The position numbers were made by a program, and so were the translations under genes. Shown piece after piece: positions 32,104 through 42,100 of a stretch of DNA of 64,000 nucleotides. The DNA comes from an uncultured bacterium (GTDB lineage: Bacteria > Krumholzibacteriota > Krumholzibacteriia > JACNKJ01), in contig CAVOFT010000001.1 in the NCBI GenBank assembly GCA_963695095.1, forward strand, positions 160,001 to 224,000, given 5' to 3'. How positions within the stretch are numbered: the first letter of the stretch is position 1; every line of letters starts with the position of its first letter. The notes under the pieces were generated by a model. That model saw only the letters and a list, made by a program, of their open reading frames with translations. It did not search any database and was not told where the DNA came from.

Positions 32104-33281
32104 ACGCTCACCTCGCGACCTGCAGCGCAGCGACCCTCGACGAGGTCGAGCAGGTCCACGCCGACGCCGCCGATGTTCCCCAGGCCCACCAGGCGCACCC
32201 GCGGGCCGCCGAGCTGCACCACCTTGGCCAGCACTGCGGACGCATTGCGCCCGCTCATGGCGACGAGCTTGGCCGCCGGCACGCCCCGCCGGCGCAGGAT
32301 CTCGGCGAAGACATCGGTCTGCTCGCCGATGATCAGGTAGTAGGCGGCGCGGATCCTGTCCCCGAAGAGCGGCGCCAGGTCTTTGCTGCGCCGCATGCGA
32401 TCCGCGCGAATGTTGATGAGGGCGATCGCCTCGTCCTCGTGTTCGGGCAAGCCCAGATGCTCCCAGACGAAGGCCGTGGACTCCGGGTCGTTGGCCGCGA
32501 AGAGGTTCACGAACTCGATGTCGGTGTCGCCCTCGTGCCAGCGGTAGGGCAGGAGGGCGCCGATGTCGGGCTTGACCGTCCACATGCCGGCCAGGGCGCG
32601 GGCCTTGTCCACACCGGCGGCCTCGCAGGCGGCCAGGGCCAGGGCCAGGTTCTCCGCGAACTCCACGTACTGGAAGCCGCGCAAGTCGTCTTCGCTCACC
32701 GACGCCGGATCGCTCTGCACGAAGCGCGCGCCAAGCGACTTGGCCTTGGCGGCAAAGAGCTCGGCGTAGTCGTCCTCGGCGGTGATGAGCAGGCTGCCGC
32801 GGGGCACGGTGCCGGCCAGGCTCTGGGCGACGTCCTGCATGCGCGGGCCCATGACTTCGAGGTGGTCCGGCCGCACGTTCGTGATGACGCCGATGGTGGA
32901 CGCCACGATCTGGTGCTCGCAGACCCACTGCAGATCGGGCCGCACGGCCATGCACTCGAGCACGATGGCCTCGGCCTTCTCGTTGGCCGCGCGGCGGAAG
33001 ATGCGCAACTGCTCGCGGATGTTGGGCGCGCCGCGGCGGCGCACGGGGATCTCGCGGCCATCGGGGAGGATCACGCGGGCCGCCGAGCCCGTGGTCTTGG
33101 CGAAGGTGCGCACGCCGCCGCCGCGCAGGCCGGCCGCGATGAGGCGCGTCACCGAGCTCTTGCCCCGGCTGCCGTTGACATGGATGCGAATCGGGACGCG
33201 CCGGCGCACCAATCGATGGCGGACCGTCTCGGCGATACCGAGGGCGGCCAGCAGCACGAAGAGCAGCACGATCAGCGTCAT
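32100..33281 (-). CDS. pgsB: Poly-gamma-glutamate synthase PgsB/CapB (Mur-ligase-like)
   Basis: RIHVNGSRGKSSVTRLI, AKTTGS, NIREQ, ECMAV.P..Q, ITNVRPDHLEVMG, FAANDPEST. Confidence 0.96.
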   Translation of the reverse strand: MTLIVLLFVLLAALGIAETVRHRLVRRRVPIRIHVNGSRGKSSVTRLIAAGLRGGGVRTFAKTTGSAARVILPDGREIPVRRRGAPNIREQLRIFRRAANEKAEAIVLECMAVRPDLQWVCEHQIVASTIGVITNVRPDHLEVMGPRMQDVAQSLAGTVPRGSLLITAEDDYAELFAAKAKSLGARFVQSDPASVSEDDLRGFQYVEFAENLALALAACEAAGVDKARALAGMWTVKPDIGALLPYRWHEGDTDIEFVNLFAANDPESTAFVWEHLGLPEHEDEAIALINIRADRMRRSKDLAPLFGDRIRAAYYLIIGEQTDVFAEILRRRGVPAAKLVAMSGRNASAVLAKVVQLGGPRVRLVGLGNIGGVGVDLLDLVEGRCAAGREVSV

Positions 33282-33353
33282 TGCCCGATTCCCGTAACGC
33301 GGGGAGGGTGGCGGTCCGGCGCCGCCGTCCCTGAGCCCAGCCGGCGATCCGCC

Positions 33354-36300
33354 CTAGTGGATCACCAGCAACTTGCGCGTGAGGACCCGGCCCCCCGCGT
33401 CCAGCCGGTAGAAGTAGATGCCCGCCGGCACCCGGCGGCCCGCCTCGTCGCGGCCGTCCCAGATGCGACTCGCCGGGCCGGCCGGCAGCGCGCCCTCGGC
33501 CAGCCGGCGCAGGAGGCGTCCGTTGGTGTCGTAGACCTTCAAGCTGCAAACCCCGGGCGCGGGCAACACGAAGTCGATGCGCGCGCTCTCCCGCATGGGG
33601 TTCGGGAGGCTTTGGCCGAGGCTGAGGCGCAGGCTGCTCGGCGCGTCTGCCGCCGCCAAGCTATGGAAGGGCCCGAGCGAGGAGATCAGCTCATAGGGAT
33701 GCAGGGCCTCGAGGCGGTAGACCTCGTCGCGCGCGGGGTCGGCGCCCGGATCCTCGCAGTGGCGGCGGCCGGGGGGCAGCTCGGCGACGAGCTGCTCGCC
33801 CGCCGGGCCGCTCCGCCACAGGCGCCAGCCGGTGACCGGCCGCGGGTCGCTGCTCGTCCAGGACAGGGCGAGGCCCGTCCCCGCCGCCTCGGCGCTGAAG
33901 CCGTCCAGGCGGTAGCGGTCGTAGACGGGCGGCTCGGTCGTCAGCTTGACGGCGAGCCCGGGGCTGGGCGGCAGCATGCCGGGCGTCGTCAGCCCCGAAT
34001 AGCTGAGCTCGAGGCCGATGGTCTCGGTGTCGTCCTCCATGCCGACGGTGGCATAGCCGCGCGCATAGTCGGAGTCGCTCACGAGGCGGTAGAAGAAGGC
34101 GATCTCGCCGTCACCGCTGGCCGTCGGGTGCATGGCCGGGTCGTAGAGCACGACCTCGAAGCTCTGCAGGTCGGTGATCTCCGGGCGGAAGTGGCGCACG
34201 CGGCTCCACTCCACGGTAAAGGTGCCGGCCGCCGCGTCCGCCTGCGTGTAGATGCCGTCGATGTACTCGCTGCCCGAGAGGCTGTCGGCGGCGATCACGG
34301 TGAGGTTGTCGTAGAAGGGTGCGATCACCGAGTGGTTGCCGTGCTGGTTGGGCAGGTTCCAGTTGTAGAAGTCGAACTGGCTGGCGTCGTCGAAGCTGAT
34401 CCAGCCGTTGTCCGAGACGCGGAGGCTGCTGACGGTCTTGCCGTAGTAGACGAAGTCGAAGGGCAGGGGCAGCATGGGCTGCACTTCGTTGTCGAAGTTG
34501 ACGACCAGCTTGGTGCCGCTGCCGCCGAAGAGCGGGCTCAACTCGCGCCAGGCATAGGCCGGCCGCTCGCTGTAGAAGAGGTCCGCGCTGTCGTAGGCGT
34601 AGTAGCCGTAGGCGTCGGGGCCCACCGGCGCGGCGGGATTCAGGAGGCCGGCGGTCAGGGCCAGGGGCAGGTCCACGCTGAAGCCCGCGTCATCCGTGAG
34701 CGTGAGCAGGAGCGGCAGGCTCTTGCCGTGGGGCACGTCGGCGGCCACGGCGAGGGTGAAGGGATTGCCTGCGTTGTCGCCCGTGGCGCCCAAGGCGAGC
34801 GCGGACCAGGCGCCATCGGCGTCCGACACGCTGCCGAGCGCGGGATCGAGCAGGGCCAGCGTGCCCGTCAGCGCGCCGGTGGCCAGGTGGCCCGTGTTGG
34901 TGAGCGCGAGCACGAGCTGCACGCTCTGGCCGGGCATGGCCTGGCCGGGATCGCCGAAGCTCGTGGCGGTGACGCTGAGGGCCGGCGCGACCACGGGCAG
35001 GATGAGATCGGAGTCGTCCTCGCTGCCGCCGCTGTGCTCGGCGGTGAGCGTGAAGCGCAAGCGCTGGCCGTCCTCCAGGGCGCTCGCGAGGGTGACGGTG
35101 AAGGGCGTCGCCGCCGCGGCCGTGCCGCCCGCGGCGATGTCGGCGAAGCTCGCGTCGGGCTGCTCCACGTCCGCGCCGCCGTGAGCGAGCAGGACGGCGG
35201 TCACGCCCGTGGCGTCCGCGTCACCGCCGTTGGCGAGCGTGACCGTGATGTCCAGGGTCTCGCCCGGCGAGGCCAGGCCGTCGCCGTTGCCGGCGGCGTC
35301 ATCGATGGCAGCGCTCGCCGCCGCGAGGAAGGCGCCGGCGGCCGTGGGACTCGCCGTGCCCTCGTAGGGAAGGCGGTCGGGATGGGTGACCGTGATCGCG
35401 AGCTCGCCCGTCGCGGCCACGCCCTGCGCGAGGCTGACATGGGCCAGGCCGCCCGCGTCGGAGAAGGCCGTGCCGAGGAGGGTCTCGCCCTGCACGACGC
35501 CAACGCGGGCGCCGGCGAGCAGCGAGCCGCCGGCCTCGCGGACCGTCACCTCGAGGCTGTTCACGCCGGCGTGGATCGTGGCCGGGTGGGTCACGACGAG
35601 CGCGGTCGGCGCCGCGCGCCAGATGTTCAGCTCCGGATCGCCGAGCAGGTTGTAGATGTGGACGTAGAACTCCACGGACTCCTCGTTGCCGGTCTCGTCG
35701 AGCTGGTGCGGGAAGTAGTCCATGAAGCGCAGCTTGCTGGCGAGGGCGAGCTGGCCCAGATCGCGAATCTCCGGCTCGTCGATCTTCTCGGCGAAGGCGA
35801 TGGCCATGGCGTCGTTGAAGCGCGTGTGGCTCCAGTGTTCGCCATTGCCGATGAAGGCCACGGCGCCGCGGCCCTGCGTGGGCGTGCCGGCCTTCAGCCA
35901 GACCTCGCCGAAGCAGTCCTCGTTGGCCTTGAAGTTGCCGTTGAGGCAGACGAAGCTCATCACCACCGGCGTCATGCCCGTGTTGGTGAGGGCGGGGATG
36001 TCGTTCACGATGAAGTGCGGCGGCTCCCAGCCGGCGGTGCCGTAGGCCCAGCCGCGATAGGCGACCATGCCCACGCCGCTGTTGATGGTCTGCGCGATCA
36101 GCGAGACGCCGTTGAAGACGGGCGGGAAGTAGACGCCGTCGAAGGGCGGCAGATAGGTGAAGGCGTTCTCGAAGCCGAGGCTGTCGAGCTGCTCGCCGAA
36201 GAACTGCACCGTGCTGATGGGCGTCTCCGACCCGAAGTTGCCGGCCACCATGAGGTAGCGGTTCATCCAGTCGGGGTTGGCGCCGGCCGGGGCGCGCTCG

Positions 36301-37127
36301 TAGGCCACCGTCTTGGCGACGATGGTCGCCACCTCGTAGGAGGAGTTGACGGGCATGCGGCCGAGGAAGAGATCGGGCAGCCAGTCGCCGGTGTCCATGA
36401 GCGCGTAGGGCAGGTCCGTGGGATTGTCGCTCATGTCCCAGGTGGGGATGTCGTCGACATCGCCCACGATGAGCAGGTACTCGGGCGGATTGGCCCAGTT
36501 CGCATAGGCGTTGCGGATCCAGGCCTGGATGGCGATCGTCGAGCCGCCGGTCTGGGCCGTGGTCGCCACGCGCACCTCGAAGCCCTTGCGGCGCTTCCAG
36601 TCGACGAGGGGCGCCAGGGCGTCCACGTACTGCGGCACGGTGATGATGAGATAGCTGCCGCTGGCGCTCTCCGTGCGGAAGTCCGGCGGCAGGGTCTCCG
36701 CGAGCAGGGCGGCGAAGCCCCGCGCGGGGCGGCGGGCCGCGGCCCGGGTCCAGTCCCCGTCGTGCGCCAGCTCCACGCGCAGGTCCTGGGCAGCGCTGAG
36801 ATCGCCCTCGAGCGACAGCAAGGCCACGGGCAGGCCACCGAGGCGGCCGAGGATCCGCGCCCTGGCGCTGGCGCCCGCCGGCCCCGCGGCCAGGCGGGCC
36901 GCGGCCCAGGTGGCATCGGGCGGCAGGGCCACCAGGCGAGCGCCGGTGCTCGGGGAGTCCGCGGAGCGATCACCGGCCGAGCCGGTGAAGCTCAACAGGC
37001 TGCGATCGGGGAGGATCTCGACATGGCTGACCAGGGCTTGCTGGACGGGCGCTGCGGCGGCGACCCCGAGGGCCGCCGCGGCAGTCAGTCCGCTTCCGAG
37101 AGCAAGCGCCGCGAGCGCGCGCTTCAT
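33354..37127 (-). CDS. C25 (gingipain/PorU-like) family protein with Ig-like repeats, NIDO-like domain and FlgD/T9SS-like CTD
   Basis: YLIIT...LVDWKRRKG, YLLIVGD, PDLFLGR, CLNG, YNLLGDP, GPDAYGYYAYDS and C-terminal PNP...WDGRDEAGRRVPAGIYFYRL. TAATG coupling to the upstream gene. Confidence 0.88.
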   Translation of the reverse strand: MKRALAALALGSGLTAAAALGVAAAAPVQQALVSHVEILPDRSLLSFTGSAGDRSADSPSTGARLVALPPDATWAAARLAAGPAGASARARILGRLGGLPVALLSLEGDLSAAQDLRVELAHDGDWTRAAARRPARGFAALLAETLPPDFRTESASGSYLIITVPQYVDALAPLVDWKRRKGFEVRVATTAQTGGSTIAIQAWIRNAYANWANPPEYLLIVGDVDDIPTWDMSDNPTDLPYALMDTGDWLPDLFLGRMPVNSSYEVATIVAKTVAYERAPAGANPDWMNRYLMVAGNFGSETPISTVQFFGEQLDSLGFENAFTYLPPFDGVYFPPVFNGVSLIAQTINSGVGMVAYRGWAYGTAGWEPPHFIVNDIPALTNTGMTPVVMSFVCLNGNFKANEDCFGEVWLKAGTPTQGRGAVAFIGNGEHWSHTRFNDAMAIAFAEKIDEPEIRDLGQLALASKLRFMDYFPHQLDETGNEESVEFYVHIYNLLGDPELNIWRAAPTALVVTHPATIHAGVNSLEVTVREAGGSLLAGARVGVVQGETLLGTAFSDAGGLAHVSLAQGVAATGELAITVTHPDRLPYEGTASPTAAGAFLAAASAAIDDAAGNGDGLASPGETLDITVTLANGGDADATGVTAVLLAHGGADVEQPDASFADIAAGGTAAAATPFTVTLASALEDGQRLRFTLTAEHSGGSEDDSDLILPVVAPALSVTATSFGDPGQAMPGQSVQLVLALTNTGHLATGALTGTLALLDPALGSVSDADGAWSALALGATGDNAGNPFTLAVAADVPHGKSLPLLLTLTDDAGFSVDLPLALTAGLLNPAAPVGPDAYGYYAYDSADLFYSERPAYAWRELSPLFGGSGTKLVVNFDNEVQPMLPLPFDFVYYGKTVSSLRVSDNGWISFDDASQFDFYNWNLPNQHGNHSVIAPFYDNLTVIAADSLSGSEYIDGIYTQADAAAGTFTVEWSRVRHFRPEITDLQSFEVVLYDPAMHPTASGDGEIAFFYRLVSDSDYARGYATVGMEDDTETIGLELSYSGLTTPGMLPPSPGLAVKLTTEPPVYDRYRLDGFSAEAAGTGLALSWTSSDPRPVTGWRLWRSGPAGEQLVAELPPGRRHCEDPGADPARDEVYRLEALHPYELISSLGPFHSLAAADAPSSLRLSLGQSLPNPMRESARIDFVLPAPGVCSLKVYDTNGRLLRRLAEGALPAGPASRIWDGRDEAGRRVPAGIYFYRLDAGGRVLTRKLLVIH

Positions 37128-38791
37128 TATTTGACCAGTATCATCCGTCTCGATTGGGTTTCGCCGAGGGCGTCCAAGGAGTAGAAGTAGACGCCGCTCG
37201 CCGCGGGCTTGCCCCGGTCGTCGCGGCCGTCCCAGACGACCTGGTGACTACCGGCCGCCAGCGTTCCCTGGGGAAGCGTGGCGATCCGGCGGCCCGCGAG
37301 GTCGTGGACGCGGATGCTAGCAACTCCGGGTGCATCAAGCACGAAGAATATGGTCGTCTTCGGGTTGAAGGGGTTGGGCGCATTGCCCACCAGGCGCGCG
37401 GCGGCCTGGGGCAGTTCGCCGACGCCGGTCTCGCAGCCCGTGCCGATGGCGCCGATGAGTTCGCCGTCGCAGGCCGCGGGGCCGTTCGGGTGATTGCCCG
37501 GCATGCAGGGGCTGCCGGCGGCGATGGCGCCGACGGCGGCATCGCGCAGGCCGACCGGCACGCAGAATTCGGGATCCAGCGAGAAGTTGCCGCCCCCGTC
37601 CGTGCCGCAGAGGGCGTCGCCTCCCGCATTGCCCCAGACGTCCGAGCAGCTGATCGTCGGGTTCGCGCTCAGGCAGTAGATGCCCAGCCCGCGCTCGCTC
37701 TCGGCGATGATGCACTTGTCGATGATGGCGTCGCCGCCGAACTGGCAAGCGATGTTGCCGCCGTAGACATCCGGGTTGGCGCTGAGCGTGTTGCCGGCGA
37801 TCGTGCAGTGGCGGATCGTCGGCACCGGGCTGTAATTCACGCAGACGCCGCCGCCCTCGGCCCAGAAGCCGGAGGCCGCATTGCCCACGATCACGAGGTA
37901 CTCGAGCAGAGGCGTGGAGCCGTCCACGTGGATGCCCCCACCCAGCCCGTAGGTGTAGACCGCGCTGTTGTTCTGCACGAGGCAGTGGCTCATGGTGCCG
38001 GCGGCGCCGTTCATGAAGGCGATGCCGCCGCCATAGCCCTGGGTGCTGTTGCCGGACAGGACGCAGTTGGTGATCAGGGGCGCGGCCTCGAGGCAGAGGA
38101 TGGCCCCGCCGCTGCCGAAGGCCGCGTTGGTGGAGTTCCCCTCGAAGGTGCAGCCATCGAGGATCGCGTTGCAATTGGCGCGGATGATCAGGGCGCCGCC
38201 GGCGGGCGAGGAGTTGCCCTGGAAATAGGAGTCGTAGCACTGGGTGTCGCTGGCCTCCTCGATGGCCAGGCCGCCGCCCTGCTTGCCGACGTTGCCGATG
38301 AAGTCCATCCGGCGCAGCACGGGGGCGGAGTTGTTGATGCAGATGACGCCGCCGTCGGTGTTGCCCTGGATCTTGACGTCGTTCACCTCGACGCTCGCGT
38401 CCACCTGGCGCATCAGGATGCCCGCGCCGTAGACGGTGGCGAAGGCGCCGCGCACCTGGAGCTGCTCGATGCGCACGTTGCTGACCAGTTCCACGAAGAT
38501 GCCGCGGCCGAGGCCCTGGGCGTCGATGATCGTGGCGTCCTTGCCGGCGCCGCGCAGGGTCACCCCCGTCTTCATGATCACCGAGGCCGGAGTGGAGCCG
38601 GCGCCCTCGGTCTCGTGCGTGCAGTCGTGGTAGGTGCCGGCGGCGACCTGGACCGTGTCCCCCGCCGGGCAGGCCTGGACGGCCGCATGAATGGTGCTGT
38701 AGTCGCCGGGGACGTTGATGACGCCGCCCTGCGCCAGGCTCGCCGCGAGGGCGAGCAGGGCGAGCGGCAGTAGCCCGAGCATTCTTCTCAT
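37127..38791 (-). CDS. Secreted parallel beta-helix protein with FlgD/T9SS-like CTD
   Basis: Signal peptide, INVPGDYSTI...GDTV.VAAGTY, N...GGG repeats, CSDVWGN...DPEFC, NAPNPFNP...WDGRDDRG...SGVYFY. SD GGAGGG. Confidence 0.88.
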   Translation of the reverse strand: MRRMLGLLPLALLALAASLAQGGVINVPGDYSTIHAAVQACPAGDTVQVAAGTYHDCTHETEGAGSTPASVIMKTGVTLRGAGKDATIIDAQGLGRGIFVELVSNVRIEQLQVRGAFATVYGAGILMRQVDASVEVNDVKIQGNTDGGVICINNSAPVLRRMDFIGNVGKQGGGLAIEEASDTQCYDSYFQGNSSPAGGALIIRANCNAILDGCTFEGNSTNAAFGSGGAILCLEAAPLITNCVLSGNSTQGYGGGIAFMNGAAGTMSHCLVQNNSAVYTYGLGGGIHVDGSTPLLEYLVIVGNAASGFWAEGGGVCVNYSPVPTIRHCTIAGNTLSANPDVYGGNIACQFGGDAIIDKCIIAESERGLGIYCLSANPTISCSDVWGNAGGDALCGTDGGGNFSLDPEFCVPVGLRDAAVGAIAAGSPCMPGNHPNGPAACDGELIGAIGTGCETGVGELPQAAARLVGNAPNPFNPKTTIFFVLDAPGVASIRVHDLAGRRIATLPQGTLAAGSHQVVWDGRDDRGKPAASGVYFYSLDALGETQSRRMILVK

Positions 38792-38849
38792 CGTGGAGTC
38801 CCTCCCGGGAGCGTGAATGGGGATCGAAATCTGGAGATGACAGGCTTTA

Positions 38850-39013
38850 ATTCTAACACAGGGGTTGAGGGCATGGCCAATCTTGCGCTTTCGCAAAGGG
38901 TGCCGGGATATCCCCTGGTGCCGCCTGGCTCCTCCGCCAGGATTGTTTCCCTTATCTGAATTTCTAAGCTCCCAAGACCGGTGTCGACAGCCAAACACCC
39001 GATCATGTACAAT
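38850..39013. promoter_or_regulatory. Divergent promoters for the PGA operon and the second C25 gene
   Basis: Minus strand: extended -10 TG-T-TAGAAT at 38858-38850. Plus strand: TCGACA(38984-38989)-N18-TACAAT(39008-39013). Locally AT-rich. Confidence 0.55.
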
Positions 39014-39105
39014 TGAGCGGACATTTCGGCCCGCCAAGTCCGGATGCCCTGCTGGGGGCGGCCGAAACCTTGCCACCCTCTCCGTCGATGCTACTGGAGG
39101 CACCC

Positions 39106-42100
39106 ATGCGCAGGCTTCTCGGGCTCTTCGCCATTGCCATCCTGTCCCTGGTTCCCACCGCCCAGGCGACGACCCAGCCGCAGCAGCTGATCCTGCTCCC
39201 CGGGTCGGAGGACCCCGCGCCCGCGCTGCGGCTGACCGCCGAGGCCGGCGACCGGCTGGAGCTCGAGTTCACGCTACCCGCTCTACAAATGGAGGACATC
39301 GCCCTCGATGGCCAGAGCTTCCAGGCCCTGGCCATCGCTGGAGGCGGCCTGGTCGGCGAGGAAGGCCGTGCCGCGCTGCCCACCTTCAGCCGCCTCGTGG
39401 CCGTGCCGGTGGGGATGGCCGTGAGCGCGCGCGTGGTCGCCAGCGAGGAGGCGGCCTTCGCGGGCTATCGGCCCCTGCCCATGCAGCCGGCCGAGGCGAA
39501 GACCCCCGTCATCGACCGCGCCTGGTACAGCGGCGGCGAGGCCCAGCGACTGCCCCTGGTCCAGGTGGGCGAGCCGGCCATCATGCACGGCCAGCGCCTG
39601 GTGCCCGTCTCCGTGAATCCCGTCTCCTGGAGCCCGGCCAGCGGCACCCTGACGGTGGCCAGCCGCGTCCGGGTCGAGCTGGAGTTCAGCGGCAGCGATC
39701 TGCGCGCGACGCCTCGCGAGCGGGACTACATTCCCGCGTCCTTCGACAACCTGTTCCGGGACCTCCTGCTCGGCTACCGCGCGGGCGAGGCCCAGGTGGG
39801 ACCGGGCACCTACCTCGTGATCGTCCGCAATGACGCCAGCATGCTCAGCGCCATCGAACCGCTCCTCCAGTGGCGGCGCCAGCAGGGCTACAACGTCGTC
39901 GTGGAGACGAACGGCGCCAGCGGCACCACGGTCATCAAGAACAGCATCCTGAGCCACTACAACAACGACGACCCGCCGCTCGAGTTCGTGACCCTCGTCG
40001 GCGACGCCACCGGTACCTACGCCGTGGCCACCTTCCACGAGTCCTACTCCGGCTACGGTGGCGAAGGCGACAACGAGTACTCCCTGCTCGAGGGCGGCGA
40101 CTGGTTGCCCGACGTGCACATCGGCCGCCTGACCTGCGACAGCCCGACCAACCTGACCGCCATCGTCACGAAGATCCTCGGCTACGAGCAGACGCCCCCG
40201 ACGGCCGACGCCGGCTGGTTCTCCCGCGGCGTCTGCGTGGGCGACCCCGGCTCCTCGGGGATCACCTGCGTCTGGGTGAACCAGTGGCTGGCCGATCAGC
40301 TCTGGGCCAAGGGCTACACGAGCGTCACCGAGGTCTACAGCGGCAACTTCGCCACCCAGATGATCACGGCCATCAACGCCGGCAGCTCGGTCTTCGCCTA
40401 CCGCGGCTACTGGAACATGAGCGGACTCACCGAAAGCGGCATCCTGGGCACCGCCAATAGCGGGAAGCTGCCCTACGCCGTCATCCCCACCTGCGACACC
40501 GGCTCCTTCGAGTCGGATGCCACCTGCCGCTCCGAGGCCTTCCTCAAGGACACGAACGGCGGTGGCATCGGCGCCGTCGGCACGGCGACACTCGGCACCC
40601 ACACCCGCTACAACAACTGCTACTTCATGGGCAACTGGGAAGGCGTGATCAACGGCAGCGACCACCACATCGGCTCCGGTCACACGCGGGGCAAAGTGGC
40701 GCTGTTCAACAACTACATGAACTACGAGAACAACCAGGTCTACATCTGGTCCACCTGGAACAACCTCATGGGCGATCCGGCCTCCGATATGTGGACCAGC
40801 TATCCCGGCACGGTGACGGCGACTTATCCGGCCACGGTGCCGGTGGGCGCCAACTCCATCGCCGTGCACGTGACCAGCGGCGGCAGCTCCCTGGCCGGCG
40901 CCCTGGTCAGCCTCTACAAGGCCGGCGAGCTGCGCTCGGTGGGCTACACGGATGCCGGCGGCAACGTCAACCTGCCGGTCTCCGGCGTCACCGCGGGCAC
41001 CCTGAACGTCACCGTGACCAAGCACGACTACTTCCCCCACCGGGGCACGCTGACCCTGGGCAGCGTCGGCACCTATCTGGCCTTCGGCGGCGTCACCATC
41101 GATGACGACACGGTCGGCAGCAGCAGCGGCAACGGTGACCACATCGTCAACCCCGGCGAGACGCTCGAGCTGCCGGTGGCCCTGCGCAACCTGGGCACAA
41201 CGACGGCGAGCGGCGTCACCGCGACGATCAGCACGGGCAACCCCTATGTCACGGTGATCGACGGCGCGGAGACCTACAGCAACATCGCCGCCGGCGCCAC
41301 CGTCTGGAGCGCCGAGGACTTCGACGTGGCGATCGCGGCCAGCGCCCCGGACGGTGCCACGCTGGACCTGGACCTGAAGGCGACGAGCGGCGCCGGCAGC
41401 TGGACCAGCCTCGTCCGCCTGACGGTGCAGAGCGCCGCTTTCAACTACCAGAGCTATGTCTGGAGCGGCGGCGGCGGCACCCTGGACCCGGGCGAGACCG
41501 GCAGCCTCACCGTGAGCCTGCAGAACACGGGCAGCGTCGGGGCCGGCTCCGTGACGGCAACGCTGGCCAGCGCCAGCCCCTGGATAACGATCACCGATGC
41601 GGCCGGCAGCTACGGCACGGTGGGGATCGGCGGCTCGGCCACCAACACCGGCAATCCCTTCGCCTTCAGCGTCTCCTCGGACTGCTTCCAGGGCCACCTG
41701 GCCAGCTTCACGCTGACGCTGAGCTTCGACGGCGGGCGCCAGGACCTGGTGGAGTTCAACCTGCCCGTCGGCACGGGCAGCACGGACGACCCCCTCGGCC
41801 CGGATGTCTACGGCTACTATGCCTTCGACAACACGGACACGAGCTATCCCTGGGCGCCCACCTACGCGTGGGTGGAGATCTCGGGCGTGGGGACGGACGT
41901 CAATCTCACCGACCTGGGCTGGGAGCAGGACGACACCAACCTCGTCAACCTGCCCTTCACCTTCACCTACTATGGTCAGGATTTCACCCAGGTCTCGATC
42001 TGCTCGAACGGCTGGATCGCGATGGGCGCCACCGACATGGTGAGCTATCGCAACTGGTCGATTCCGGCGGCGGGCAATCCCGACGCCATGATCGCCGGCT

